Position numbers and translations under genes: made by a program. From a virus, in the IMG/VR virus record IMGVR_UViG_3300018719_000005, positions 1-63,707 of that record: 63,707 bases of DNA; one strand, given 5' to 3'. Under the pieces are notes generated by a model. The model was given only the letters and a program-made list of their open reading frames with translations. It searched no databases and had not been told where the DNA came from. Below are positions 46,898-54,391 of the stretch, in pieces (the stretch's first letter is position 1; each line of letters opens with the position of its first letter).

Positions 46898-47731
46898 TTA
46901 TTTGCCTTCATCAAAGAGCGTTGGATCTTGTCCATCCTTGCCCTCTTCAGCCACTGTCTCCGCTGTGACACCGAAGATATCAATTGGGTCCGTGTAAATA
47001 CTTTCAGGCTCACTCGTGACATCCTTACGGATCACTTCATCTTGTGCAGCCTGCTGTTGAATCTCGATGCTGATCGGTAGGTACTTCCACATGTGGCGGA
47101 TAACAGTTTTCTTCGCCATCTCCTCGTAGTCTGTAACCCATGGACCATTATTCGCTGCCTTAGAACGTTTACGGCGCCGCTCAATCTCTCCGGTATCCAT
47201 GACCTCAAACTGATAGCCACCATCTTTGAAGTGTGCCACAGCATACACGTATTTCATTTCTCCTCGGTGACCAGTGGCCGGCTTATGATGTAGCTTCGGG
47301 TGGAGACCGAGCTCGTAATCAAACTCATCTTTCTCGTAGACAGCGTGAGCATAAATGCTTTCGATGTTGCCGCTGCGCCGAGCTAAATCAATCATTCCCT
47401 TATATCCAATGATGAAAGTCGCTTCTTTGCCGTAAGGAATGATGTAGCAGTGTCCGATGAGTCCTGGTTCCAACCCGAGCTGAGCTGCCTGCATTATGGC
47501 ACCCATCAGAGAAGGAACGCTGCAATCAAGAAGCTTCGGTGTTAACCGGATCGTGGTGAGTGCAATACGTCCCATACGCTCCGCATTCATGTGGGAAGGA
47601 AGCGCCTTTTCGATCTCTGGAGCCATCCTTTTTAAATAAGCAGCAATGGTTTGCTCTGGCGTAAGGGGTTTATCTGGGGAGTTATTTGCACGATTCGCCA
47701 GTTGGTTTTTTAAATCCTGATTGGTGGCCAT
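46898..47731 (-). CDS. recT: RecT-family single-strand annealing protein
   Basis: Motifs: CYIIPYGKEATFIIGYKGMIDLARRSGNIESIYAHAVYEKDEF. Confidence 0.9.
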   Translation of the reverse strand: MATNQDLKNQLANRANNSPDKPLTPEQTIAAYLKRMAPEIEKALPSHMNAERMGRIALTTIRLTPKLLDCSVPSLMGAIMQAAQLGLEPGLIGHCYIIPYGKEATFIIGYKGMIDLARRSGNIESIYAHAVYEKDEFDYELGLHPKLHHKPATGHRGEMKYVYAVAHFKDGGYQFEVMDTGEIERRRKRSKAANNGPWVTDYEEMAKKTVIRHMWKYLPISIEIQQQAAQDEVIRKDVTSEPESIYTDPIDIFGVTAETVAEEGKDGQDPTLFDEGK

Positions 47732-47745
47732 GTCTCCATTCCCCC

Positions 47746-48684
47746 TTAAACTGCTTTCACGTTAAACCGGCGTGAGATTACTGGTTTAACGTACTTCTCA
47801 TAGATGGCTGGATGATCTTTGGCAAGGGCCTTCGCATCTACCCTATTGGAAGTAACTGTCTTCCAGGTAACAAGATGATTGCTAGCAATCCCTGTTTCGT
47901 ATTCGCCGAGCATTGCTTTGAGTCGGTTCTCCAATTCGGTAACTCGACTTTCATACTCTTTTGCCTGCTCTTTGATAGCTGCAAGCTCTTCGATTAGCTT
48001 GTCCGCCTCAAGAGGTAGTTCTGTTTCACTCTCAGGCTCACCAACCGGATACAGTTGCTTGATCAGCTCAGTAGAAGCATCAGATCCATCGAACGCTGGT
48101 GGAATCTTAGTCAGCACATGTTTGTTCCAGAAGTCTGATTCAATTTGGATAATTTGAGTGATCAGCTCTTCGTCGCGCTCGATCTTCTTATACACGAACT
48201 TGTTGCCACCGATAAGTACTGCAATCCACCATGCCTCATAACCAGTAACCGCCATGTAATGCTGGCATTGTAAGAGATATTCCGCTGGAACTTCCTCGCC
48301 GGTCCAAAGGTCTTTGAGATATTCCGATGCGTTCTTGCATTCCAGACCCGTTTTCTCCCCTACAATTAAGCGGTCAACGTTGGCCAACATGAATGGGTAC
48401 TCTGGATGTTGCAGGAGCTGGTTGCATCTCCTTACTTTCATACCTGTTCGTAAAGCAAACTCTTCTGCAATAAGGGCTTCTTGCTTTGTTCCCCAGTATG
48501 CAACCTCGTTGTGAGTTTCTTCTAACTGAGCTTGTCCCGTTTTTTCCAACCAAACCTGAACGGGAGACTTCCACCTGTTCATGCCTGCAATTGCAGAAAC
48601 TTCGCTACCGCCGATTCCCTTTGTGCGGTACTGTAACCACATTTCACGACTCATATCTTTCGTCGAAACCAATGCAAGTGCCAT
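47746..48684 (-). CDS. YqaJ-type (PD-(D/E)XK) exonuclease
   Basis: Motifs: GIGGSEVSAIAG...ANVDRLIVGEKTGLECKNA. Confidence 0.85.
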   Translation of the reverse strand: MALALVSTKDMSREMWLQYRTKGIGGSEVSAIAGMNRWKSPVQVWLEKTGQAQLEETHNEVAYWGTKQEALIAEEFALRTGMKVRRCNQLLQHPEYPFMLANVDRLIVGEKTGLECKNASEYLKDLWTGEEVPAEYLLQCQHYMAVTGYEAWWIAVLIGGNKFVYKKIERDEELITQIIQIESDFWNKHVLTKIPPAFDGSDASTELIKQLYPVGEPESETELPLEADKLIEELAAIKEQAKEYESRVTELENRLKAMLGEYETGIASNHLVTWKTVTSNRVDAKALAKDHPAIYEKYVKPVISRRFNVKAV

Positions 48685-48816
48685 ACTATCCCTCCTCTTG
48701 ATTTGTGAGGGTCTTTAAGCTACGATTGAAGTAGATTCCCAATCGTGCTTGAAGACCGAAGACTCAGCGTTGCAGCGCTGGGTCTTTTTTAATAAGTGAC
48801 AAGGGGTGTTTACTCT

Positions 48817-49089
48817 GTGGTAAGTAAATACAAGATTTTGATCGAAGGCTTTTTGAGCGGTGAGGTTCCCGTTGAAACGTTTGAGAAGCAATACCTCCAG
48901 ATGTTTAAAAATCAAAAGGAACCTCTGGGTCCTGTCTACTTTGATATTCTCAACTCGCTTTTTGAATCCGTTGATGCTTATTGGGGTGAATGCCAAGTTG
49001 GACAGGAAACAGCATTCACTATCTCTGAGGCTCAATTAAGAGCTGATGCAAAGGAAGCCCTTCAAAAACTTAAATCACTCGAAATATGA
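48817..49089 (+). CDS. Colicin/pyocin-immunity-like small protein on the opposite strand
   Basis: SD AAGGGGTG lies 8 nt before GTG 48817. Motifs: FLSGEVPVETFEKQYLQMF...FDILNSLFESVDAY. Confidence 0.5.
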   Translation: MVSKYKILIEGFLSGEVPVETFEKQYLQMFKNQKEPLGPVYFDILNSLFESVDAYWGECQVGQETAFTISEAQLRADAKEALQKLKSLEI

Positions 49090-49242
49090 CACCCCCATAT
49101 AGTTTTTTGCGAAGCCGCCGCCGTCCCAACCTCTACGGCAGCCGTTGTAGTTCCTTGCCTACGCCACGCATTGACCTCGCATTATGTATGGCCTGTCATC
49201 ATCAGGCAGGGTAAGCCACTCCCCTGCGACTAGGGCTGAGCC

Positions 49243-49470
49243 CTAGTTTCGACTTAACTTTTTGATTTGCTCCTGGATCGCCTCTCGGTTCTCCGAAAGG
49301 GAACGATCCCTCCACGTGCTTCTGATGTATTCAAATTCCTCCATAATGTCTTCCAGACGATAAAGCAGATCATCGCTTGGAATATCGAAAGCAAGAACTT
49401 CCGCTTGCTTTTGTTTCAACGATTCCGTTTTTTCTACATAGGTTGGAAAATCAGACAGCAGTACGCTCAT
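49243..49470 (-). CDS. Hypothetical protein (75 aa)
   Basis: ORF in the early operon. Confidence 0.45.
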   Translation of the reverse strand: MSVLLSDFPTYVEKTESLKQKQAEVLAFDIPSDDLLYRLEDIMEEFEYIRSTWRDRSLSENREAIQEQIKKLSRN

Positions 49471-49711
49471 AATGGATCTCCTCCGTTACTTCAATTTGAG
49501 ATGTAGATGGTGACAGGCTGTTGAGAAAGTCCCGTAGTCTCTCGATCTCTTCCCAGCTCCGTAAGATAACTTCTTGTGCTGGTGGCCATCCTTGACCGGG
49601 TACTAGGTCGGGAAAGTCAGTTATCTTGAGTGCTCCTTTTGGTGTGTATATAGCCATTCGATCGAAGTTACCACCGATGATTGTCACGATCTCTTTTGAA
49701 GGTATGCTCAT
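49451..49711 (-). CDS. Hypothetical protein (86 aa)
   Basis: ORF in the early operon. Confidence 0.45.
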   Translation of the reverse strand: MSIPSKEIVTIIGGNFDRMAIYTPKGALKITDFPDLVPGQGWPPAQEVILRSWEEIERLRDFLNSLSPSTSQIEVTEEIHYERTAV

Positions 49712-49763
49712 ATGCTTGTCCTCCTTACAAATGATGTGCTATGATTTTCGTACACAGTTTTTT

Positions 49764-49916
49764 CTAAGCCGTCTGTTCGCTGCAGGCGGTTTTCTCTTTT
49801 TCAGCCATCAAAAGAAGCTCCGTCATTTCTCCCAGTGTGATTACCTTACGGCCGATTGGTCGATCACCGTCACACACCAACTCGATTACTCCCTCTGCTG
49901 TTGTTAAATCTTTCAC
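49764..49916 (-). CDS. 50-aa protein (below the ORF-track cutoff)
   Basis: GTG 49916 overlaps the upstream TGA (GTGA coupling). Sequence starts VKDLTTAEGVIELVCDGDRPIGRKVITLGE... Confidence 0.35.
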   Translation of the reverse strand: MKDLTTAEGVIELVCDGDRPIGRKVITLGEMTELLLMAEKEKTACSEQTA

Positions 49917-50095
49917 CGTAATCTCTCCTTTTGTTCAATTTGCCTACGGAACTCGGCTAGTCGCTCAGCATATTGTTGATTCTGTCTTTCTCCTTCTGCG
50001 GTAAAGGTGGCCATTAGTTTCGCATCGTATGGATAAGTCTTTTCCAATACCTCCAGCAGTCTCTTGTTCCAGTCTTGTGCGAGTGCAGCACTCAT
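49913..50095 (-). CDS. Hypothetical protein (60 aa)
   Basis: 4-nt overlap with the upstream gene. Confidence 0.45.
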   Translation of the reverse strand: MSAALAQDWNKRLLEVLEKTYPYDAKLMATFTAEGERQNQQYAERLAEFRRQIEQKERLR

Positions 50096-50724
50096 CGGAT
50101 AGTCGCCCCCATCATCAATGCATCTTGTCGTTCCCTCCTCATTAACTCTCGAGGGTCCATTACCACGATTTCTTGAGCACGAGCTTCCAGCAGCCAGTTG
50201 TGTTGGTGGATTGCTGGATCGATACCGTACTGCTCGTCCATGATGATATGTACGTCGTCCCCAGCCTGGAACAGATCCTCGATCTGCTTACCAAGATGTT
50301 TGAGAAACTGATCATCAGACCCACATAATGTTTGCCATGGCCGTCTCGTTCGTTCCCATTCGATGGCTTTCTTTGCCTCACTTATTACGTCCTCACACTG
50401 TTTGATAAGGTTATAGAGCCCGACTGTGAGACTGGCCATCAGCCGGGGATCTGTTGGAGGCGGAGCGTCGCCATACAAGTGCTTCAACATTCGAATTGCT
50501 CGGTGATTACCGCAAATAAGTACGAATGCTTCTGCATCTTCCCTCATCGGTGTTGTTCGACCGTTAATCACATCAGAGACCCAACGAGCTGATCGGCCGA
50601 GTTTCTTACCAAGCGTTTCGTGCGTCAACTGTTCCCCTGTCCGTTGATGGATGTACGCATATTCACAGATATCTGATATCCGTGACCGAGAATAAATTGA
50701 GATTGGTTCATTTCTGTTCCCCAT
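50092..50724 (-). CDS. Early regulatory-type protein with HTH-like segment
   Basis: Segment: LTHETLGKKLGRSARWVSDVINGRTTP. Confidence 0.55.
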   Translation of the reverse strand: MGNRNEPISIYSRSRISDICEYAYIHQRTGEQLTHETLGKKLGRSARWVSDVINGRTTPMREDAEAFVLICGNHRAIRMLKHLYGDAPPPTDPRLMASLTVGLYNLIKQCEDVISEAKKAIEWERTRRPWQTLCGSDDQFLKHLGKQIEDLFQAGDDVHIIMDEQYGIDPAIHQHNWLLEARAQEIVVMDPRELMRRERQDALMMGATIR

Positions 50725-50826
50725 TTGTTCTCCTCTCCTTTATGAAGTTTTCCAGGTACGATAAAACTGTGCTCATCTTCCTTGCTCCCTCGGTTATTGA
50801 CCGGGGGTTTTGTTTTAAATTGATCC

Positions 50827-50991
50827 TTACGCAGACTCTTCTTTTACAGATGCTGGCTTTAAGTCATCATCTTCATCTTGCTTTCGCTCGGCGGGTTTTG
50901 ATTCCAATAGGACCCTCAGAGCGTGAACCATTCGGTTCATGTCTGGGTAGAATTCGCGATGGATTTCAATATTTTTAGGTGGTTTGATCAT
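50827..50991 (-). CDS. 54-aa protein directly after cro (below the ORF-track cutoff)
   Basis: SD AAAGGAG lies 7 nt before ATG 50991. Sequence starts MIKPPKNIEIHREFYPDMNRMVHALRVLLES... Confidence 0.4.
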   Translation of the reverse strand: MIKPPKNIEIHREFYPDMNRMVHALRVLLESKPAERKQDEDDDLKPASVKEESA

Positions 50992-51006
50992 TGGTTGACT
51001 CCTTTC

Positions 51007-51246
51007 TTAAGCTGATAATGTATGAGATTCTTGTACTTCAAAACCAAATAAAAAGCTTACTTCTCTATTCAAGATTTCAGCTATTTTTATCGCAGTCTGT
51101 AACGGTGGTATAGCATGTCCATTTTCCCAATTCGCAACTGCTTGCCTTCCTCTATATCCAAGTAAATAAGCTAGTTGCTCCTGAGTATAGCCATTTTCTT
51201 TTCGAGCCTGCTGAAGTCTATTGTTTTTTCTCACTTTCCCCACCAC
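51007..51246 (-). CDS. cro: Cro-like XRE-family HTH regulator
   Basis: Motif: GYTQEQLAYLLGYRGRQAVANWENGHAIP. It is divergent from the cI-like gene. Confidence 0.8.
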   Translation of the reverse strand: MVGKVRKNNRLQQARKENGYTQEQLAYLLGYRGRQAVANWENGHAIPPLQTAIKIAEILNREVSFLFGFEVQESHTLSA

Positions 51247-51256
51247 CTTTGTTTAA

Positions 51257-51380
51257 GATTCTTGTACTTATGAGATCATTATAAGTACAAGGAAATCATA
51301 CGTCAATACTATTGTATGACTTTCTTGTACTCAATTTAAACATTAAACTCTGTAATGTACAATTAAATTGTACTTATGAG
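51257..51380. promoter_or_regulatory. Lysogeny-switch operator/promoter region with reiterated TTGTAC half-sites
   Basis: Palindrome cttgtacttat-N9-ataagtacaag at 51261-51291. Exact 13-mer TTGTACTTATGAG at 51262-51274 and 51368-51380. cttgtact at 51324-51331. gtacaatt-a-aattgtac at 51357-51373. Confidence 0.6.
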
Positions 51381-51392
51381 GAGGTTTGTCTA

Positions 51393-51743
51393 ATGCTTTC
51401 ACAGCGCCTTCGATCTGCCAGGAAATATAGAGGGTTAACTCAAGAAGAATTAGCGATTAAAGTAAAAACTACAAAAGCTACAATAAGTAATTATGAGAAT
51501 GGGCATAGCTCTCCTCACAATGAAATGCTTACTTTCTTGGCTGACGTATTAAATGTTTCTACGGATTATCTACTTGGACGTACTGATGACCCCAACACTT
51601 CAGACAATAAGGACATACATCGAACCGAATTCGAAAACCTGTTCTTCAATGAGTTGGATAAGTTGAGCGAGGAAGATAAGAAGAAGGCATTGGAACATGT
51701 AAAGTATTTGAGGTTCCTTGCGGAGCAGGAAAATAAGAAATAA
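51393..51743 (+). CDS. CI-like XRE-family repressor
   Basis: SD GAGGAGG lies 9 nt before ATG 51393. Motif: LTQEELAIKVKTTKATISNYENGHSSP. C-terminal extension present. Confidence 0.85.
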   Translation: MLSQRLRSARKYRGLTQEELAIKVKTTKATISNYENGHSSPHNEMLTFLADVLNVSTDYLLGRTDDPNTSDNKDIHRTEFENLFFNELDKLSEEDKKKALEHVKYLRFLAEQENKK

Positions 51744-51793
51744 AGACGAGACTCGCACAGAATTGCGGGTCTTTAAACTTTCGGGGGATTTAA

Positions 51794-52444
51794 ATGAAAA
51801 TACCGCAAGACAGAATAAAGGAACTAACTAAAGACTTCTTAACTCCGTTTTTCAAAGAAAATGGGTTTAGAAAGTCCGGGAATCGATTTTATAAACCCGT
51901 CAACGATTTTTCCTATATCATTGAAATGCAGTCTAGTCGATTTAATTCTAAAGAAGAAGCCCAATTTACATTTAATGTTTCGCTATACATTCATCAGTAC
52001 TTTCGACATGTATATAATGCGGAACCACCCAACTGCCCTACTAATAATCATAATTTGGTTCCACCTTCTAAACGTAGTGGTCACATATGCGAAGCTGGAG
52101 ACAAATGGTATACCGTTAACCAGGAAAATCTATTAATTGAAGTTGCACAAGAAATTATCGATGACTTTAACCATTATGTGATTCCTTATTTTGAACAATT
52201 TCAAAACATAGATGATATTATTCAATATGGTTTTGAATCAATGTCTCTTCCGCATCATAAAAGTCTTTGTAATCCAATTCAATTCTCCATGTTACTATTA
52301 GCTTTAGGTCGAAAAACTGAAGCCGAACAGATTTTCCGCGATTTATGGACTAAGAATTCAGATCGTACAGATCCCAAAGCAGAAGAATACCTTGAATGGT
52401 TAGAGGAAATGGCAGCAAATACCGGAATTAATATACCTAAATGA
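51794..52444 (+). CDS. DUF4304-like protein (immunity-protein-like)
   Basis: Motif: LTPFFKENGFRKSGNRFYKPVNDFSYIIEMQSSRFNSKEEAQFTFNV. Confidence 0.6.
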   Translation: MKIPQDRIKELTKDFLTPFFKENGFRKSGNRFYKPVNDFSYIIEMQSSRFNSKEEAQFTFNVSLYIHQYFRHVYNAEPPNCPTNNHNLVPPSKRSGHICEAGDKWYTVNQENLLIEVAQEIIDDFNHYVIPYFEQFQNIDDIIQYGFESMSLPHHKSLCNPIQFSMLLLALGRKTEAEQIFRDLWTKNSDRTDPKAEEYLEWLEEMAANTGINIPK

Positions 52445-52505
52445 TAAGTGGCACGTTCTTAGAGAGCGTGCCTGATTAATAATAAATGAAAGAAGAGATG
52501 TTTTA

Positions 52506-52745
52506 ATGACCCTTTTCGAGAAGTGCAAAAATGTAGAGTCAAAAGATGATCTCATCCAATTTATCAAGGATTTAAGACATGACCTTCAAGTTAATCCTCA
52601 TGAATGGGAAAACCTTACGCTTGAAGCTTTTCTGGAGGCAATGGAAGCCTGGTTAGAAGATTCTAAGGATGCTGGTTTTCTACCGGAGCAACCTGAGTGG
52701 AAGTCGTTGGCTGCTATCTTATACATGGGGAAGTTATATGAGTAA
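52506..52745 (+). CDS. Small helical protein (DUF7660-like)
   Basis: Motif: LIQFIKDLRHDLQVNPHEWENLTLEAFLEAMEAWLED. Confidence 0.5.
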   Translation: MTLFEKCKNVESKDDLIQFIKDLRHDLQVNPHEWENLTLEAFLEAMEAWLEDSKDAGFLPEQPEWKSLAAILYMGKLYE

Positions 52746-52776
52746 AAAACAGGATCTTTTTCGAGTGGTTTAAATA

Positions 52777-52803
52777 AAGAGACACTTTGTGAATGTGTCT
52801 CTT
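52777..52803. terminator. Hairpin between convergent genes
   Basis: aagagacac / gtgtctctt forms a 9-bp stem with a 9-nt loop. Confidence 0.55.
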
Positions 52804-52825
52804 AGTATTTAGTAACCATTATTTT

Positions 52826-54364
52826 TCATTTTTCTAACATGTCTTTTACTTCCACTAGGAAATCATAGAGATCAGTATCTTTAATATCCTCTAACTTCAT
52901 CTCTTTAGAGATTCTTCTATTGCATTTTTTGGGATTTAATTTGATCTGTTCCTCTAATTTTACGTTTTGATCAATAGCAGATATTGAATCACTTATTTGA
53001 GATCCAAACACAGTTTTTAGTGCCTCTAAAGAAAAATAGTTTTCTATGGAGTATCGTTCTAATTGTTTAACGGGTATCCCCAGTTCATTACATCTTCTTT
53101 TAAACCTCTCTCTAACATTTCTACTACCAGGATCTAAATCCAACAATGCGATTATCTTATAGTTATCTTTGAAGACAGATAAATCAAGTTGGTCCATTAT
53201 GTCACCACCAAGTGGCCAAATCTTTATATTGTATTTTTCCAACAATCCCATTTTAACAAGAAATTCTTCAATCACTGGCTTATCTGTTGGTCCTTCACAT
53301 AAAATTACAATGTCAGAAATTAAGTTATCAGCGATAGAAAATCCTAGATCATGTAAAATTGAACTTCTAGTTGTTGCATCCTTTACATTTACTTTGGTAT
53401 CAAAGCTAACATGGTAGACCCTATCAACCAAACTACTATCCAAAAATACGTTTGAGTGAGTAGATATTATGAATTGACTATCTGTTTCATTCTTTAAAAT
53501 TGCCAGTAACCTTCTTTGCATATCCGGGTGCAGATGTGTCTCAGCTTCATCAATAAGAACTAACGTAAATCCAACGTTTGCGAAATAAAGTATGATTAAT
53601 AAATCTTGCAAACCAAGTCCACATTCTTCTGCTGTTATCCATTTATTATTTAAATTAGTAAAACTCAGTTGAAGTTGATTATTCATATTTACCGTGATAT
53701 CGAAATCAAACCCTGAAGTAATGGTTCTAAAATGATCCTTAATTTTTGTGTATATAATATATTGGTTAGAGTCATTTGATTGATTTTTATAAAAAAAGAG
53801 TCTATTCAGTATGCCATTTCCATTTGCGCTGGTTTCCTCTAGAGGTATTATCTCCTTTGTTACTTCAATTTCTCTTTTGGATGGAATATAACAAATATTT
53901 GTTTGAGGATTATTATTTTCAAAATAAACACCAGAAAAGAAATTGACAATAAGTTGTAAACACTCTTTTACTTTTTCTTCAAGTGTTATTTTTTGATGTG
54001 AATCACTATACTGGGTTGAAATATATTCTGTTGCTCCAATATATATATAATGGGCCATTTCGTAGATTTCCGTTAAGAACCAACACTTTGTTTCAATATC
54101 GATGTAATATTCAAACAGCCTCTCTTGAATGTATCCTAATACCGGTCCTGCAATTAACGCATTATCCAAATAATTATTACAGGATTTATAGAATACTTTC
54201 TTTGGTATATCTACTCCTGATTTATAATGTTGTTTAAATATTTCCCTAAGAATAGTTGATTTTCCGCTATTATTGCGACCGCATAGTACATTTACCTTAC
54301 CTAGATTTTGAAATCGACATCCATCTGTAATATCATTCCCTATTAACTCTAAATTTATTAGCAT
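52826..54364 (-). CDS. OLD-family / PARIS-like nuclease: ABC-type ATPase (AAA_15/21-like) fused to a TOPRIM/DUF4435-like domain
   Basis: Walker A GRNNSGKST, Walker B LVLIDEAETHLHP, H-loop IISTHS. TOPRIM motifs: IVILCEGPTD, IALLDLDPGS, YSIENYF. Confidence 0.8.
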   Translation of the reverse strand: MLINLELIGNDITDGCRFQNLGKVNVLCGRNNSGKSTILREIFKQHYKSGVDIPKKVFYKSCNNYLDNALIAGPVLGYIQERLFEYYIDIETKCWFLTEIYEMAHYIYIGATEYISTQYSDSHQKITLEEKVKECLQLIVNFFSGVYFENNNPQTNICYIPSKREIEVTKEIIPLEETSANGNGILNRLFFYKNQSNDSNQYIIYTKIKDHFRTITSGFDFDITVNMNNQLQLSFTNLNNKWITAEECGLGLQDLLIILYFANVGFTLVLIDEAETHLHPDMQRRLLAILKNETDSQFIISTHSNVFLDSSLVDRVYHVSFDTKVNVKDATTRSSILHDLGFSIADNLISDIVILCEGPTDKPVIEEFLVKMGLLEKYNIKIWPLGGDIMDQLDLSVFKDNYKIIALLDLDPGSRNVRERFKRRCNELGIPVKQLERYSIENYFSLEALKTVFGSQISDSISAIDQNVKLEEQIKLNPKKCNRRISKEMKLEDIKDTDLYDFLVEVKDMLEK

Positions 54365-54391
54365 TACCTACACCTTACCTTTTTACTAAAC

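Noticed and set aside
50682-50978. 98-aa plus-strand ORF between the early operon and cro
   Set aside because: It is antisense to a better-supported 54-aa minus-strand gene with a strong SD (50827-50991) and to the start of 50092-50724.
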